IMG/VR virus record: IMGVR_UViG_2671180405_000016
Strand: one strand, 5' to 3'
Source: a virus
Taxonomy: Duplodnaviria > Heunggongvirae > Uroviricota > Caudoviricetes
Length of the DNA stretch: 7,740 bases
The notes under the pieces: generated by a model
The model's input: only the letters and a program-made list of their open reading frames with translations
What the model was told of the DNA's origin: nothing
The model's database searches: none
Shown: positions 7,421 to 7,740 of the stretch, in pieces
Layout: each line of letters starts with the position of its first letter
How positions within the stretch are numbered: the first letter of the stretch is position 1
Translations under genes and position numbers: made by a program

Positions 7421-7711
7421 GGCGACTTATCAGTGGAAAAACACAGAACGATCAGGATATATGCGCCCTGGCAAAAGAGTATGAGATCGCCATGCTGTTG
7501 GTGACTAAAGGTGCAGAAGGGGTGGTGGTCTGTTATCGAGGACAAGTTCACCATTTTGCTGGAATGTCTGTGAATTGTGTCGATAGCACGGGGGCGGGAG
7601 ATGCGTTCGTTGCCGGGTTACTCACAGGTCTGTCCTCTACGGGATTATCTACAGATGAGAGAGAAATGCGACGAATTATCGATCTCGCTCAACGTTGCGG
7701 AGCGCTTGCAG
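7421..7711 (+). pseudogene. internal fragment of a pfkB-family carbohydrate kinase gene (fructokinase-like), truncated at both ends by IS elements
   Basis: The frame encodes ...ICALAKEYEIAMLLVTKGAEGVVVCYRGQVHHFAGMSVNCVDSTGAGDAFVAGLLTGL...AQRCGALA. DSTGAGDAFVAGLL matches the C-terminal pfkB/ribokinase-family signature (D-[ST]-x-GAGD). The coding frame is cut by the IS911 right end at 7420/7421 and runs into the IS1 end at 7712; about two thirds of a typical 300-aa kinase is missing. The ORF-track entry 7342-7716 is a chimera of IS911 sequence, this fragment and IS1. Confidence 0.7.
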
Positions 7712-7740
7712 GGTGATGCTGCCAACTTACTGATTTAGTG
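7712..7740 (+). mobile_element. IS1 terminal inverted repeat (left end), element continues beyond the window
   Basis: GGTGATGCTGCCAACTTACTGATTTAGTG matches the IS1 terminal sequence (GGTGATGCTGCCAACTTACTGAT...) as recalled. Only 29 bp are in the window; the boundary is uncertain by 1 bp because of the GGG run at 7711-7713. Confidence 0.75.

Overview
This 7.7-kb window has two compositionally distinct parts. Positions 1 to about 6170 are AT-rich, phage-like accessory DNA in which every convincing gene lies on the minus strand: a lambda gpH-like tail tape-measure homologue (13-1290), two small upstream genes (1447-1656, 1679-2389), a 107-aa gene (2905-3228), and a tightly packed four-gene operon (4718 down to 3407) that includes a degenerate HNH-like protein. 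That operon is driven from a back-to-back divergent sigma70 promoter pair at 4770-4834, whose rightward promoter faces a small predicted membrane protein. Two homologous inverted-repeat-bounded elements of about 100-130 bp (3249-3375 and 4901-5004) bracket the operon, and a roughly 1-kb ORF-poor stretch (5190-6171) carries a 95-bp tandem repeat. Positions 6172-7420 are an apparently intact IS911-like IS3-family element with no target-site duplication, followed by a 291-bp internal fragment of a pfkB-family sugar kinase gene (7421-7711) and the left end of IS1 running off the window (7712-7740). No rRNA, tRNA or CRISPR array was found. The best candidate for an undescribed system is the repeat-bracketed operon together with its divergent promoter switch and small membrane protein, but most AT-rich-region proteins cannot be assigned a function from sequence alone. 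All similarity statements are from reading the sequence and memory of protein families; no database search was run.
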